From Takakia lepidozioides (lineage: Eukaryota; Plantae; Bryophyta): a stretch of 64,000 nt of DNA. The position numbers and the translations under genes are program-made. Positions 62,950-64,000 of the stretch are shown here, piece after piece. Under the pieces are notes generated by a model, which saw nothing but the letters and a program-made list of their open reading frames with translations, ran no database searches and was not told the DNA's origin. The DNA lies in the NCBI GenBank assembly GCA_030704615.1, contig CM060732.1, positions 55,056,001-55,120,000 of the forward strand, read 5' to 3'. How positions within the stretch are numbered: the stretch's first letter is position 1; every line of letters begins with the position of its first letter.

Positions 62950-64000
62950 CCTATGTAACCCACTCAATGGGACACCCATGGGCCGGGGTGACACACCGCA
63001 GGGTTACACTGTCTGGGGTTTCATAACGTAACATAGCTCTACTTAGTGTAACTTGCATCTGTGGTACTCCACACAGTGTAACACAGATGAGTGTGAACCT
63101 CTTCAGTGTAACTCATTGTGGTGTAACTCCAAGTGTAACTGCAATGTAACTATCAACAGTGTAACCTATGTAACCCCCATAGAATATTGCTGTCAGTGGT
63201 GTAACTCTGAGAACAATGTGACTACAATGTGACTACAGGGTCTGGGTTAGTCTGCCGGGGTTACATGACCCTTCAATACAGAGTGGAAGTCGAGCACCTT
63301 TAGTCACCAACACTAGCCCCTGTATGTGTAACCCCTCTATGTGTACCCAATTTGTGTGTAACCCATGGACGTGTAATCCATGAGATAGATAATCATTCCG
63401 TTCAACCTATGTTATGGACCAGTGTAGCCCTCCGGAGTGTAACTTGTTGTTGTGTAACCCCAAGAAGTATGTATCCCGACCACATGTAACCCCCATTGAT
63501 GTCACCCCATCGCATGTAACCCATTGTACAATTTGGGGTGCACGCTATAAACCCCGATGCTACATCACCCCATCTTATGTATCCCCACGACACGTAGCCC
63601 TTGTATAGGCAACCCTGCCCACTTTTCATTTGCACAGTGTAACTTAGAACTGTGTAACCCTCTTGAGTGAGTGTAACCCAGAGTGTTGTAACTCCAAGAA
63701 GTATGTAGCCCGACCAGATGTTACCCCCACTATTGTGACCCCATCGTATGTAACCCATTGTACATAGCCCTCATGTATGTAACCCCATGTAGTATAAATC
63801 TGAGAACTTCAGTGCACAAACACTTCAGTGCGAAAAAAAATAAAAAATAAAACAATGCGCATAGTCGAGGTGGGGTTACATGCCACGAAAGTATACTGTT
63901 TCAGCAACGTGACCCTGACATAGCCAGGTGTAACCCTATATGTAACCCATAAGTGTAACCCCACGTTGTGAGACCCGGCATGGTGTAACCCATCACTTAT
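62950..64000 (+). repeat. Downstream TGTAAC(C)-rich repeat region, continuing past the window end
   Basis: Repeated TGTAACC/GTGTAACT cores, with a ~240-bp duplicated block around 63450 and 63690. Confidence 0.8.

Overview
Eukaryotic nuclear DNA from a land plant. The PLS-type PPR fragments, spliceosomal introns and transposon types suggest a non-seed plant (inference). The left ~24 kb is a gene island with four genes: a 3-exon gene with a probable organellar targeting peptide and an RFX/D5-like winged-helix pattern (-), an LCAT4-like phospholipase (12 exons, +), a HAD hydrolase (7 exons, -) and a DUF1338/HGLS-type 2-oxoadipate dioxygenase (7 exons, one GC-AG intron, +). Upstream of it are relics of a spliced IS3/IS481-like integrase-core transposase and an EEP endonuclease. 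The right ~40 kb is transposon-rich. The most notable feature (~29.1-41.3 kb) is a decayed Mutator-like unit with two divergent genes. One is a GCM-like DBD/DDE/SWIM transposase (+). The other is an intron-containing gene (-) encoding a ParB/Srx-like domain (DGNHR) fused to a beta-class N6A/N4C DNA-methyltransferase-like domain. Thirteen copies of a 26-bp palindrome (AACTGAGTGCG-N4-CGCACTCAGTT) lie in its introns and near the right end. Further right are a ~122-bp satellite, a Pack-CACTA element (TTA target duplication) carrying PPR fragments and inserted in a DnaJ pseudogene, a hAT MITE (8-bp TSD), and a second MULE/SWIM gene embedded in multi-kb TGTAACCC arrays. All domain calls come from manual translation and motif recognition; no searches were run.
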